64,000 nucleotides of DNA, from NCBI GenBank assembly GCA_964016885.1, contig OZ024743.1, positions 327,732,001-327,796,000 on the forward strand, in the 5' to 3' direction. The DNA is from Eledone cirrhosa. Taxonomy: Eukaryota. Below are positions 1-12,300 of the stretch, piece by piece. Numbering within the stretch: position 1 is the stretch's first letter; every line of letters begins with the position of its first letter. Under the pieces are notes generated by a model, which was given only the letters and a program-made list of their open reading frames with translations, was not told the origin of the DNA and ran no database searches. Both the position numbers and the translations under genes were made by a program.

Positions 1-76
1 TATATATATATATATTTGTATGTGTGTGTGTGTAAAGGAAGTAATACCTTACAATGCTGCAGTTGTTTATCATATC

Positions 77-443
77 TACCATCTCATTTCTACAGATGAG
101 TAAACTGGAGCAATGTGAAATAAAGTGTCTTGTTTCCTTGAGCAAGACACTTTATTTCACATTGCTCCAGTTTACTCATCTGTATAAATGAGATGGTAAG
201 GACTGGGATCCCTATCATTCCACTGCAAAGTAGTCGTGAAGGTGCCATGGCAAAAAAAGCACCCAGCCCACACTCTAAAGTGGATGTGTAGGCACTACAG
301 AAAAAAAGCACCCAGCACTCACTGTAAATGAGGTTGGTGTTAGGAAGGGCATCCAGCTGTAGAAATCAAGCCAGAATCAGTTCCCGTCCCACCCTTGCAA
401 GCAGGGAAAAGCGGACGTAAAATGAAATGAAATGATGAAATGA
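77..443 (+). mobile_element. 5'-truncated SINE (family A) with RTE-derived tail and 5' fold-back
   Basis: Matches the reverse complement of the full copy at 5253-5591. Contains CORE-like tttccttgagcaagacacttt and ends in ggaaaagcggacgtaaaatgaaatga. Confidence 0.75.
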
Positions 444-449
444 TATATA

Positions 450-930
450 CAGGGTGCGGACGATATGTATTTGCAAGATTACTGTCTAGGAAAAAATGAC
501 AGTAGTTTTATTTTTTAAGATATATTTATCAAACTTGGGTCAGTTTGTCTTCATGACTTGTTCTTCCGATCTCACTCGATAAACCCGCCATTGGCTTTGA
601 TGACGGCTTCAAGGCGGCCTCGGAACCGGCTACAGGCCTTCGTCACTGTTCTCCGACTTAGGGCCCTAAAGGCACTTGTGATCCTGGCTTTCAGATCATC
701 TTTCGTATTGCAGCTAGATCTGTTGGTGTCTCGTTCCACTGCGTCCCACACAAGAAGTCGAGGGGGTTGCAGTCAGGTGAGCTGGGAGGCCAGATGTCAG
801 GTGAAGTGTGGTTTACGAAGTACTCTGACAGCCAGGCTTGGGTCTTTCGGCTGGTATGGCAGGGCGCTGAGTCTTGCTGCCACACGTATGGCCTACCTGC
901 AGCTACCTGGTCGATCTAGGGCTTTACTAC
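450..930 (-). mobile_element. Tc1/mariner-superfamily DD37D (maT-type) transposon, 3' fragment with frameshifted transposase
   Basis: WQQDSAPCH...WPPSSPDCNPLD has exactly 37 residues between the second and third catalytic Asp. The C-terminus ...FRGRLEAVIKANGGFIE* stops at 572. The end begins TA|cagggtg at 450. Confidence 0.85.
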
Positions 931-949
931 CTCGCCCAGAACGCGGATG

Positions 950-1850
950 TAGCCATCGGTTTAAATCTCGCTGGTACCGTCATCGATTCTCAATCAAACA
1001 TCCTAATCACCGTTTTGTGACCACGCTCGCCAACAAGACCTGGCAACTCCGTGAACGCAACCAACAGTTCACCTTAAAATGGGATATACTTTCCAGCGCA
1101 AGTGCATATCGGAGTGGATTGAAATACTGCAGGTTATGTAACCTTGAACTCTTTTACATATTAAAATCCCAAAACAAACTACTTAACGATAGAATTGAAC
1201 GATCATTATACTGCAACCACAAACTAAAAGCTAAATTCTCTCACTATAAAATAACTTAACATTCGAACCCGTAACTATAACATCGCTTTCTAGCTAACCA
1301 TCCTCTCTTCCCCCACACTACAAGACAATACATTGCTTATCACTATAAATGGTAACTCAGTGCAATTTACAGAATACTACAAACCCAAAGTTCACTCACC
1401 ACATAAACTTCGTCTGTCCCCTCTCTACCTCTCTCTCTACATCCATTACACTCTCTCTCTCTCTCTCTCTCTCTCGCCTTTGGCCTACCTCCCTCTCTAC
1501 ATCTATGAACCTGCCCTCTGGGGCAATAAATAATTCCGACCTTAACTATCAACGCATCTCTCCAATAGTAACCAGTATAATAAAACCCCTACCATAACAT
1601 TTTAATTAAGATATCTACAAACCACTCTCTCCTACTTCTCCAACCCCTGCATATCTTTCTCTCTCTCTCCCTCTCCCCTACTTTTCTCTCTTCCTTTTCT
1701 ACTCTATCTTCCCCAACAACCCCACTTAAGGGTATTTACATTGTACATTTTACCATTCTGCTCTGAGGATACAGTGGTCACAGCATTGGATATTTGAGTT
1801 CTGCAAATTCTTGTAAATTTGCACATAGCATAACTAGGCTGTAGTACCAC
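950..1850 (+). mobile_element. Penelope-like element 3' fragment (GIY-YIG endonuclease C-terminal half to 1259, plus 3' UTR)
   Basis: FKSRWYRH...WDILSSASAY...CRLCNLE...LLN...CNH aligns by eye with the endonuclease at 58881-59654 and the fragment at 55547-55732. Confidence 0.75.
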
Positions 1851-2814
1851 CGTGGTATGTATAATATATACATATATATATCCTCTTTCTCCTCATCCTC
1901 ATAAACATGTGATATCCATTTTCCTTGCTAGCAAGACTTGGATGAGTCATTACAGACCATGTCAGAACTTAATCAGAGGCACTGATCTCTCTGATGGGCC
2001 AGGATTTTGTTTTGCTTACAAATGTTCTCTCATAGAGTGCACTAGAACTAGTAAAATCATCATGTCCTTGACACAACCGAAGAGTTCTCTTTACCATTTT
2101 CTATGACTGGATACCCATCCTATCATCAACCACTTTACAGAGTGTACTGTATGTGTTTTATCGTGTCAGTAACGCTAGAGAGGTCAGGTCGTTGTACACT
2201 TGACACTAGTGAAGAGACCATGTGATCCTTTTAAGGCATAGTTTCTACAGCTGGAAGCCTTTCCTACCACCAACCACCTCACTAGTTGTGTTTTACCACG
2301 GTACCAGCATCATGAAGGTTGTCAATCATTGACTCAAATGATGAGCCCTTGGTGTACAATGGGGAATAGGATTAGAGTTTGGATTTGGGATAGTATGGGA
2401 GGACAAGATGGAGGTAGATAGGATGATAAGTAAGATGTTATAGGTAAATGACAAGAGGTATATATATGATGACAGTATATTATCATGAGCATGTTTTCTG
2501 TGGCATCTGCACTAGAGAGGTTGTCGCATGTTCCTCCAGACACATATATATATATCATCATATTCATCATTTTTATGTCTCTTTTTTATGCTTGCATGGG
2601 TTAGATGGATCTTTTCCAGCACAGCCTCCTTCCACCAGCATTTTGAGATCAGCTCTAACTCCCTCTGTCTAGGTTTTTATCGGTCTTCCTGTACAACAAC
2701 TTCCCTCCACTGGCTTTTCATGGCATTTCTTCACCAAGATTTTATCATCCATATGCATTACATGTCTATATCAATGCAGTCTTCTCTCTTGCATACTACA
2801 TCTGATCCTGGAAA

Positions 2815-3130
2815 CTGTTCAGAGATGTCAACCAAGCGAATACTCTCCATCAGGCATCTACCATACTCTGAATGCCTTGCTTCCCTGGGCATGGATTTAT
2901 TGAAGCTCCGACATCTAGCAACTGACTTGGTAAACACTCACAAAATTATTAACCATCTTGCCAACAACAACCCTGAGCACCTTTTTGATATCCATGAGTC
3001 TAACACACATGGGCATGACTACAAAGTCAGAAAACAGCACAGCTCCCGTGACTTTCGGAAACATTTTTCCACGTTCAGAGTTACTGAAGCATGGAACAAA
3101 CTACCTACATCAGCATCCTTTAAAACCTCC
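2815..3130 (+). mobile_element. CR1/L2-type LINE ORF2 extreme C-terminal fragment
   Basis: LPYSECLASLGMDLLKLRHLATDLV...THGHDYKV...RKHFSTFRVTEAWNKLP resembles the CR1 tail pattern YEERL..L.L..L..RR...D / TRGH / FFS.RV...WN.LP. Confidence 0.75.
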
Positions 3131-3131
3131 A

Positions 3132-3167
<36 letters not shown>

Positions 3168-3170
<3 letters not shown>

Positions 3171-5252
3171 TGGGTCCTCGATATACGGTAGTTCTTTATC
3201 CGGTAAATCCACAGATACGGTTTTGGGTAATTACTACCATCAATTCTATTTACGGTAAAAGAAATTCACAGATACGGTTTTTGGTCGTGTTTTGTTTATA
3301 TTGTACCGTAGCGCCACCTGTAGTAAGCAATAAATTCCCCCTTGAATTCGTGGAAACTGACTGCTATTCGAATTCTAGGAAAATTGTGTTACTACAGCTA
3401 CCGTACTAACTGACCTTACCGAGAAACTGGCCAATCATGAGCGAGTTCAGATATCGGTCGATGATGTCATAACTCTTAATTGATCACTTCAGTTCGGCAA
3501 ACTAGCGTGTCCTCTCAGTGAGAGAATTTTTGCCGAACTGAAGTGATCAGTTAAGAGTTATGACGTCATTCAAAGTAAGAGAAAACCTGACAGTGTGTTT
3601 TGGGACCATAATTATCACGGCATATCTTATAAAACCCATATCTCATGGCGAATATTGCTGATGCAGATGGAAAGGCCAAATGCATGAGGAAGAGCCTGAC
3701 TTTGGAGATAAAGCTGGACATTTTGAAAAGGAAGGAACAGGGGCAAGGTACGTCCGCCATAAGTCGTAACTTAGGCCTAGCCCAGTATACAGTCTGGACT
3801 GTTTTAAAAAATAGTGAGGCTGTCAAAAAAGCTGGGGAGAATGCTACGAGTCTACATAGTAAATTATGTAGCAAAAAAAATGAGCCGATTATGGATAGAA
3901 TGGAAAGGTTGCTCAAAATTTGGATCGACGACCAAAATTGTCAAAATTATGCCTGTCTTTAAATGTAATCAGTGAGAAAGCATTGTCCATTATTGACAGG
4001 CTCAAGACTGAAATGGGAGTGGAGGACTTTGTATTCAAGGCAAGAAAAGGCTGGTTTGATAAGTTCAAACAACGTTCGAGTCTTCACAACATAAAAGTTA
4101 CAGGTGAGGCTGCCAGTTCCGACAAAGAGAGTGCTGAAAAATTCAAGGCAGAGTTAGAGAAATGCATTGCAGAGAAAGGGTACAGCAAAAAACAGGTTAT
4201 TAATTATGATGAAACAGGACTTTATTGGAAAAAGAAGACCAGTAATACTTATATTGACAAGGAGGAGAAAAGTGAGAAGGCCTCAAAGGATCGCGTTACT
4301 CTGTTACTTGGAAGGAATGCAGAAGGAGATTTAAAGCTAAAGTCACTCATTATCTACCATTCTGAAACTCCAAGAGCACTCAAGGGGTTACTTAAGCAAT
4401 ACCTACCAGAAGTCTAATAAGAAGGCATGGCTGATCACTTCAATTCACCAGGATTTTTTCACTTCATATCTGTCACCAACCCTTAAGGAATATGCATTAG
4501 CTAACAACATTGCCAACCGTTTTCTGCTATTAGTGGACAACGCCCCCAGCCACCCATGGGCAATGGAAGACTGGTCAGAAAATATTGAGGTTTTGTTTCT
4601 CCCCCCAAACACCACAGCTCTCATTCAGCCGATGGATTAAACAGCCATCAAAACATTTAAGGCATACTACCAGCGGAGAACCATGCAGCAGCTGATAAAG
4701 GGCACAGATGGGCTTGGCAAGCGTACGATCAGGGAATGGTGGAAATTGTACAACATCAAGCATGGCTTAGACAACATCAAGGCATCTTGGGAAGAAGTGA
4801 AGCAGTCTACCATAAACTTGGCCTGGAAGAAATTATGGCCAGCATGTGTGAATAACTTCCATGGCTTTGCTGGGGACATTGGTGCGATAAAAAAAGATAT
4901 TGTAAATCTCTGCCATAGAGTTGACTTCGATGGTGTTAATGATGATGATGTGCAAGACCTTTTGGAAAGCCACGCTGAACCACTCTCCAATGATGAACTC
5001 ATAGAACTAGACAAGGCGATACAGAAGACAGAAAAAGAAAAAGAGGAGGAAGAAGAACCTGTGCGTGGCTTGGACATAAAAAACTCTAAGAGAATGTCTC
5101 GGGAGTATCGAAACAATCTTAGAGATCCTGAAGGAGCATAACCCCAACCCTGCTAGGAGCAGCAAAGTGGTTCAAGACGTCGAGAAAAGCGGTATACTGG
5201 GTTCTTTATACAGTAAGGGTTTCAGGAACGCATATGTTCCATATATCGAGGA
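3168..5252 (+). mobile_element. Tigger/pogo DNA transposon with a decayed CENP-B-like transposase (about 3645-5190)
   Basis: TA|cagtgggtcctcgatatacgg left TIR and ccatatatcgagga right TIR at 5239-5252. Motifs RKSLTLEIKLDI (HTH), FKARKGWFDKFK, GEAAS, NYDETGLYWK, KDRVTLLL, DNAPSH, FLPPNTTALIQPMD. Several stops and frameshifts. Confidence 0.92.
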
Positions 5253-5591
5253 ATCATCATCATCATCATTTCATTTTACGTCCACTTTTCCCTGCTTTCA
5301 AGGGTGGGACGGGGACTGATTCTGGCTTGATTTCTACAGCTGGATGCCCTTCCTAACACCAACCTCATTTTCAGTGAGTGCTGGGTGCTTTCTTTTTTGC
5401 TGTGGCACCTTCCACGACCACTTTGCAGTGGAATGATAGGGACCCCAGTCCCTATCATCTCATTTCTACAGCTGAGTAAACTGGAGTACTGTGAAATAAA
5501 GTGTCTTGCTCAAGGAAACAACACATCACCCGGTCTGAGAATTGAACTCACAACCTTTCGATTGCAAGGCCAATGCTCTAACCATTAAGCC
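5253..5591 (-). mobile_element. Full-length tRNA-derived SINE (family A)
   Basis: The minus strand starts ggcttaatggttagagc (A box) and has gagttcaattc (B box), a CORE-like segment, then a tail ggaaaagtggacgtaaaatg(atg)n shared with the LINE at 63185. Confidence 0.85.
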
Positions 5592-5600
5592 CTGTATGTT

Positions 5601-5668
<68 letters not shown>

Positions 5669-5670
<2 letters not shown>

Positions 5671-6596
5671 AACGAGTAGGACCCCGACGGCTGAGCTCAA
5701 GCCGTTTCGACGGCTAATTCTGAACTAAATGAAAATGTTTATCCTGGTATAGGAATAGCCGAGCATCTCAGGGGGTAATTCCATATATGGTAAAAGTGAT
5801 TGTCACAAGGATTGGTCAAAAGTTTGTTGTTGAGACACATAATTCTATCATGGCAATTTGTGGAAGTAGAAACAATTATTTCGTATTAATTTCCGGGACT
5901 CTGAATTATTATTTCGTGGTAGTTTCTTTAGTATTTTGGCCCCCCACTTGTTGACCTGTCACTGTAAGATATACGCGGTTGATTACTACTAACTCATTAA
6001 ATTGTCTCACTACAATTCTGTCCCACCTAGTAAACTTTTCTATAGTTTAGCAGTACCAGTGAGAGACTTGATGATTGTCGTTAGGGAATAGTAACCAGAA
6101 ATTGTTTTATTATATTTTTAACATTATTGGTATTCTTCTATATATTTACTCCATATTGATTTACTTATTGTTTCGACTTCCTCCCCCTCCCCCTACCTAG
6201 TATACTTGCTTGACCTCCTGCCCTTAGGATCCTGCTGTAGTTGGCACTATCAACGCACGACTGGGTTTCCTCCACTCCCTCTCCCTCTTTCTTCTACTGG
6301 CAGGTTCAGCTACCCCTTCCTTCCACAAATTGCCATGATAGAATTATGTGTCTCAACAACAAACTTTTGACCAATCCTTGTGACAATCACTTTTACCATA
6401 TATGGAATTACCCCCTGAGAAGCTCGGCTATTCATATACCAGGATAAAAATTTCCATTTAGTCCAGAATTAGCCGTCGAAACGGCTTGAGCTCAGCCGTC
6501 GGGGTCCTACTCATTCATATTACCCACTCTACTACCCTAAGTATTGAGTACTTTGGTGCGTTATGGTCCACCTGGTTCCTTACCACATTTCCTTCG

Positions 6597-6599
<3 letters not shown>
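5669..6599 (+). mobile_element. Non-coding Penelope-like remnant with inverted ~200 bp pseudo-LTR arms (5669-5866 / 6320-6516) inside (TA)n
   Basis: The arms are near-perfect reverse complements and carry a hammerhead-like fold. A second partial copy lies at 40272-40404. Confidence 0.6.
6410..6505 (+). ncRNA. Type I hammerhead-like fold with variant core (CUGAGAA)
   Basis: Stem I acccc/ggggt, stem II cggcta/tagccg, GAAA at 6478, stem III acggct/agccgt, GUC at 6498-6500. The core differs from CUGANGA. Confidence 0.5.
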
Positions 6600-6678
<79 letters not shown>

Positions 6679-7078
6679 ATATATGTATATATATAAAATT
6701 CTTTTCTACCATTTAGTATCTTTTCCTATGCACCTTATTACTTTAATATTTTGCTTTTTTTTCTTATCTACATCAATTCTCATACAAGCCCCATGCCATC
6801 ACAGTACACCCCCACCCATCCCTTATTCACCACCTTCCTCCTATCCACCACCTTTCGGTTACTTCACATAGTTACCCTGTTACATCATATATCATATGTA
6901 TATATATGTATTGTATATGCATGTGTGTATTGTATATAACATATATACACACATACTATATATGTATATGTATGTTGTACATGTTTACATATATATTGCA
7001 TATTATGTATGATGTATATATATATTATATATGTATTTTGTGTATTATGCATTATATGTTTTATATACATGGGTATGT

Positions 7079-7112
<34 letters not shown>

Positions 7113-7139
7113 ATATATGTATATAACCCCAGCCCAGCA

Positions 7140-8825
7140 CACACCAGGAAAGGTAACCAGCAAAAACATCACTATGAGCAAAGTACCATAAGGCCAACTG
7201 GTTAGACTTGTCTCATAATGGTACCACCCAGTTCCTCCCTGAAAATGTGGTTGGCAGTAGGAAGAGCATCTAGCAACCATAAAAAACCCAGCCTAAACCC
7301 AGTCTCACTATGAGCATGGTATGGTGTGGCCAACCGGTCAAGCTTCCCTTATAATGGGACCACCTAGCTCCCCAAAAAAGTTCCACTGTGTGCTTGGTAC
7401 GGCATGGCCAAGTGGCTAGACCCTCATCATAATATGACCACACTGTAATTGTGGTTGGTGTTAGGAAGGGAATCTAGCAGCCGTAAAAACCCAGCTAAAA
7501 AATGGTCCCACTATGGGGAAGGTCAGTTGGTCAGACCTCCCTCATATTATGCCCCCCAGTACCACACTGTAAATGTGGTTGGTGGTAGAAAGGGCATCCA
7601 GATCCAGAAGCTGTAAAAACACAGCCAAAACATAGTCCCAATATATGCAAGGTACAGCCAGACATGCCTGATAAAGAGGGACTACCTAGTTCCACACAGT
7701 AAAGTTGGTGTTAGGAAGGGCATCCAGCAACAGTAAAAGTCCAGCCAAAACATGGTCCTGCTGTGAGCAAGATATGGTATGGCCAATTGCCCAGTCCTCC
7801 ATCATAACAGAACCACCCAGCTCCCAAAATATGGTTCCACTATGAGCAGGGTTTGCCGCAGCCAATTGGTCAGACTTGTCTCATAACGGGACCACCCAGT
7901 TCCACACTGTAAACGTGGTTGGTGTTAGGAAGAGCGTCCAGCTGTAAAAGATCTTGCCAAAATACATTTGAGCAAAGCATGGTGCCGTCAGCTGGCCAGA
8001 CTTGTATCATAACTTGGACGACCTGTCTAACCCATACATGTATCGAAAATAGATGTTAAAACAAATACGATGATGATGATCATCAATTAATGTCTATGTT
8101 CCACGCTAACATGGGTTAGACGGGTTTGTCCCATTTAGAGGCAAGTTGGGTCGGGTGACTGCATCTCACTCATATAGGTGTGTTTCTAGCTGGTTTTCTA
8201 TGGCTGGATGCCCTTTCTAGCACCAACCACATTTACAGTGTGGGCTAGGTGCTTTTTGTCATGACACCTTCACAACCACTTTATAGTGTGGGCTGGATGT
8301 TTTGTGGTACTAGCATAATATACATAAATACATATATATATATATACATACATGTGCATATCATGACAATGATATACACACATATATATATACTTGCATA
8401 CACATAAATATATATATACCACATATATATATCATCATCCTCATGGGTAGGACGGATTGACCCTTAGGGAGAAAATCATGTCAGAGGACCATGTTTAGCT
8501 CAACCCTGGCAAACTTTGGCTTGGTTTCTACAGCTGGGTGCCCTCCCTACGCCATATGAGACAGGATACTACAATATTGTGACAAGCTTTCTAGTGCTGC
8601 TACCACAATAAAATGCATCCAGTGTATTCTGTAAAGTGGTAGTGCTGGTGTTGTGAAAAATGCACTCAGTACATCCTGTAAGTTAGTTGGAATTAGGAAA
8701 GGCATCTAGCCATAGAAACCATGCCAAATATGGAACACAATGAGCAAGATTGGTCACTCCAACTGTGATAGCCTGTCCAACCTATGCCAACATGGAAAGA
8801 GAATGTTAAATAATGATGATGGTAT
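7140..8825. repeat. Cluster of degenerate SINE/RTE 3'-region copies, partly tandem
   Basis: The motif gtggttggtgttaggaagggcatccagc recurs at about 7246, 7450, 7574, 7703, 7915 and 8686, with an inverted copy at about 8200. (GAT)n tails are present. Confidence 0.6.
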
Positions 8826-9372
8826 GTATATTTCAGGATAACCAGGACCCCCCCCCCCCACCAACCAGCACATGTTTTGAGTTACTGTTCATAGCTTCAA
8901 CTTTTCTGTGTAATTTTGTAAAAATAGCATTTATTTACTTAGTTTTGTATTGATTTATCTATATTTACTGGATTCACACCTTTATAGACACACACACTAT
9001 TTATCTTTCCCTTGTACATACATATTTAGAACATTAGGGATATTTATAGTATCATCTGTGCTGTGCTAGGAAGGAGGTTAATTATTTTTTCCTCAGATGA
9101 ACAAGTCAATTTATTTGATTTCTTATAATCACAAAACAAACTCTACTCATTTGGAGAAAATATGAATACTAGACAGGTCTGGCACTATCATTACTGAACC
9201 TTAACTTTTAACATCCTGTAATAATTTAAGAGAAAATGAAAATATCTAAAAATGTGTTTGTTAATAAAAAAGCGTATAGTATATTTACATGTAGACAGAT
9301 TGTTGTGAAAATCTACATTATTAGAATAAAACTTTAATTTTTAATATGAGGCAGTCATAATGTTATTTTGAC

Positions 9373-12300
9373 TTGACTCTACAAAGTAGCTTGACTATAG
9401 AGAATAGTTTGACTATAGAAAGTAGTTTGACAATAGAAAGTAGTTTGACTATACAAAGTAGTTTGATTATACAACATGGCTTGACTATACAAGGTAACTT
9501 GACTCTAGAAGGTAGTTTGACTATAGAAAGTAGTTTGACTATAGATAATAGTTTGACTATACAAAGTAGTTTGACTATACAAAGTAGTTTGATTATTCAA
9601 AGTAGTTTGACTATACAAAGTAGTTTCACTATTCAAAGTAGTTTGACTATACAAAGTAGTTTCACTATACAAAGTAGCTTGACTAGAAAAAGTAGTTTGA
9701 CTATACAACATGACTTGACTATACAACATAGCTTGACTATACAAAGTAGCTTGACTATAGAAAGTAGTTTGACTATAGAAAGTAGTTTGACTATAGAAAG
9801 TAGTTTGACTATACAAAGTAACTTGACTATAGAAAGTAGTTTGACTATAGAAAGTAGTTTGACTATAGATAGTAGTTTGACTATACAAAGTAGTTTCACT
9901 ATATAAAGTAGTTTGACTATACAACATGACTTGACTAAACAAAGTAGCTTGACTATAGAAAGTAGTTTGACTATAGAAAGTAGTTTGACTATACAAAGTA
10001 GTTTGACTATACAAAGTATCTTGACTATACAAAGTAGTTTGACTATAGAAAGTAGTTTGACTATAGAAACTAGTTTGACTATAGAAATTATTTTCACTAT
10101 ACAACATGGCTTGACTATACAAAGTAGCTTGACTATAGAAAGTAGTTTGACTATAAAAAGTAGTTTGACTATACAACAAGACTTGACTATACAAAGTAGT
10201 TTGAATATACAAAGTAGTTTGACTATACAAAGTAGTTTGACTATACAAAGTAGTTAGACTATACAACATGACTTGACTCTACAAAGTAGCTTGACTATAG
10301 AGGATAGTTTGACTATAGAAAGTAGTTTGACAATAGAAAGTAGTTTGACTATACAAAGTAGTTTGATTATACAACATGGCTTGACTATACAAGGTAACTT
10401 GACTCTAGAAAGTAGTTGGACTATAGAAAGTAGTTTGACTATAGATAATAGTTTGATTATACAAAGTAGTTTGACTATACAAAGTAGTTTGACTATACAA
10501 AGTAGTTTGATTATTCAAAGTAGTTTGACTATACAAAGTAGTTTCACTATTCAAAGTAGTTTGACTATACAAAGTAGTTTCACTATACAAAGTAGCTTGA
10601 CTAGAAAAAGTAGTTTGACTATACAACATGACTTGACTATACAAGATAGCTTGACTATACAAAGTAGCTTGACTATGGAAAGTAGTTTGACTATAGAAAG
10701 TAGTTTGATTATACAACATGTCTTGACTATAAAAAGTAGCTTGACTATAGAAAATAGTTTGATTATAGAAAGTAGTTTGACTATAGAAAGTAATTTGACT
10801 ATACATCATGGCGTGACTATACAAAGTAGCTTGACTATAGAAAGTAGTTTGACTATACAAAGTAGTTTGACTATACAAAGTAACTTGACTATAGAAAGTA
10901 GTTTGACTATAGAAAGTAGTTTGACTGTAGAAATTACTTTCACTATACAACATGGCTTGACTATACAAAGTAGCTTGACTATAGAAAGTAGTTTGACTAT
11001 ACAACATGAGGAATTCACTATACAAAGTAGTTTGATTATACAAAGTAGTTTGACTATACAAAGTAGTTTGACTATACAACATGACTTCACTATACAAAGT
11101 AGTTTGATTATTCAAAGTAGTTTAACTATACAAAGTAGTTTGACTATAGAAAGTAGTTTGACTATACAAAGTAGTTTGACTATACAAAGTAGCTTGAATA
11201 TACAAAGTAGTTTGACGATAGAAATTAGTTTGACTATAGAAAGTAGTTTGACTATAGGAAGTAGTTTCACTATAGAGCATGGCTTGAATATACAAAGTAG
11301 TGTGACTATAGAAAGTAGTTTGACTATAGAAAGTAGTTTGACTATAGAAAGTAGTTTGACTATAGATAGTAGTTTGACTATAAAAAGTAATTTGACTATA
11401 CAACATGACTTGACTATACAACATAGATTGACTATACAAAGTAGCTTGACTATGGAAAGTAGTTTGACTATAGAAAGTAGTTTGACTATAGAAAGTAGTT
11501 TGATTATACAACATGGCTTGACTATAAAAAGTAGCTTGACTATAGAAAATAGTTTGATTATAGAAAGTAGTTTGACTATAGAAAGTAGTTTGACTATACA
11601 TCATGGCGTGACTATACAAAGTAGCTTGACTATAGAAAGTAGTTTGACTATACAAAGTAGTTTGACTATACAAAGTAACTTGACTATAGAAAGTAGTTTG
11701 ACTATAGAAAGTAGTTTGACTATACAAAGTATCTTCACTATACAAAGTAGTTTGACTATAGAAAGTAGTTTGACTATAGAAAGTAGTTTGACTATAGAAA
11801 GTAGTTTGACTATAGATAGTAGTTTGACTATAAAAAGTAATTTGACTATACAACATGACTTGACTATACAAAGTAGTTTGAATATACAAAGTAGTTTGAC
11901 TATACAAAGTAGTTTGACTATACAACATGAGTTGACTCTACAAAGTAGCTTGACTATAGAGAATAGTTTGACTATACAAAGTAGTTTGATTATACAACAT
12001 GGCTTGACTATACAAGGTTACTTGACTCTAGAAAGTAGTTTTACTATAGAAAATAGTTTGACTATAGATAATAGTTTGACTATACAAAGTAGTTTGACTA
12101 TACAAAGTAGTTTGACTATACAAAGTAGTTTGATTATTCAAAGTAGTTTGACTATACTAAGTAGTTTCACTATGCAAAGTAGCTTGACTAGAAAAAGTAG
12201 TTTGACTATACGATATGACTTGACTATACAACATAGATTGACTATACAAAGTAGCATGACTATAGAAAGTAGTTTGACTATAGAAAGTAGTTTGACTATA

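Noticed and set aside
558-1259. 233-aa ORF as a gene
   Set aside because: Chimera of antisense transposase and a Penelope endonuclease tail.
1757-1851. Hammerhead starting CTGAGGA after the Penelope fragment
   Set aside because: A stem II is plausible, but the GAAA box and stem III are missing.
2528-3409. 293-aa ORF
   Set aside because: Runs through a LINE fragment, (TA)n and the Tigger end.
5520-5591. tRNA gene
   Set aside because: It has A and B boxes but no complete cloverleaf, and it is continuous with the SINE body.
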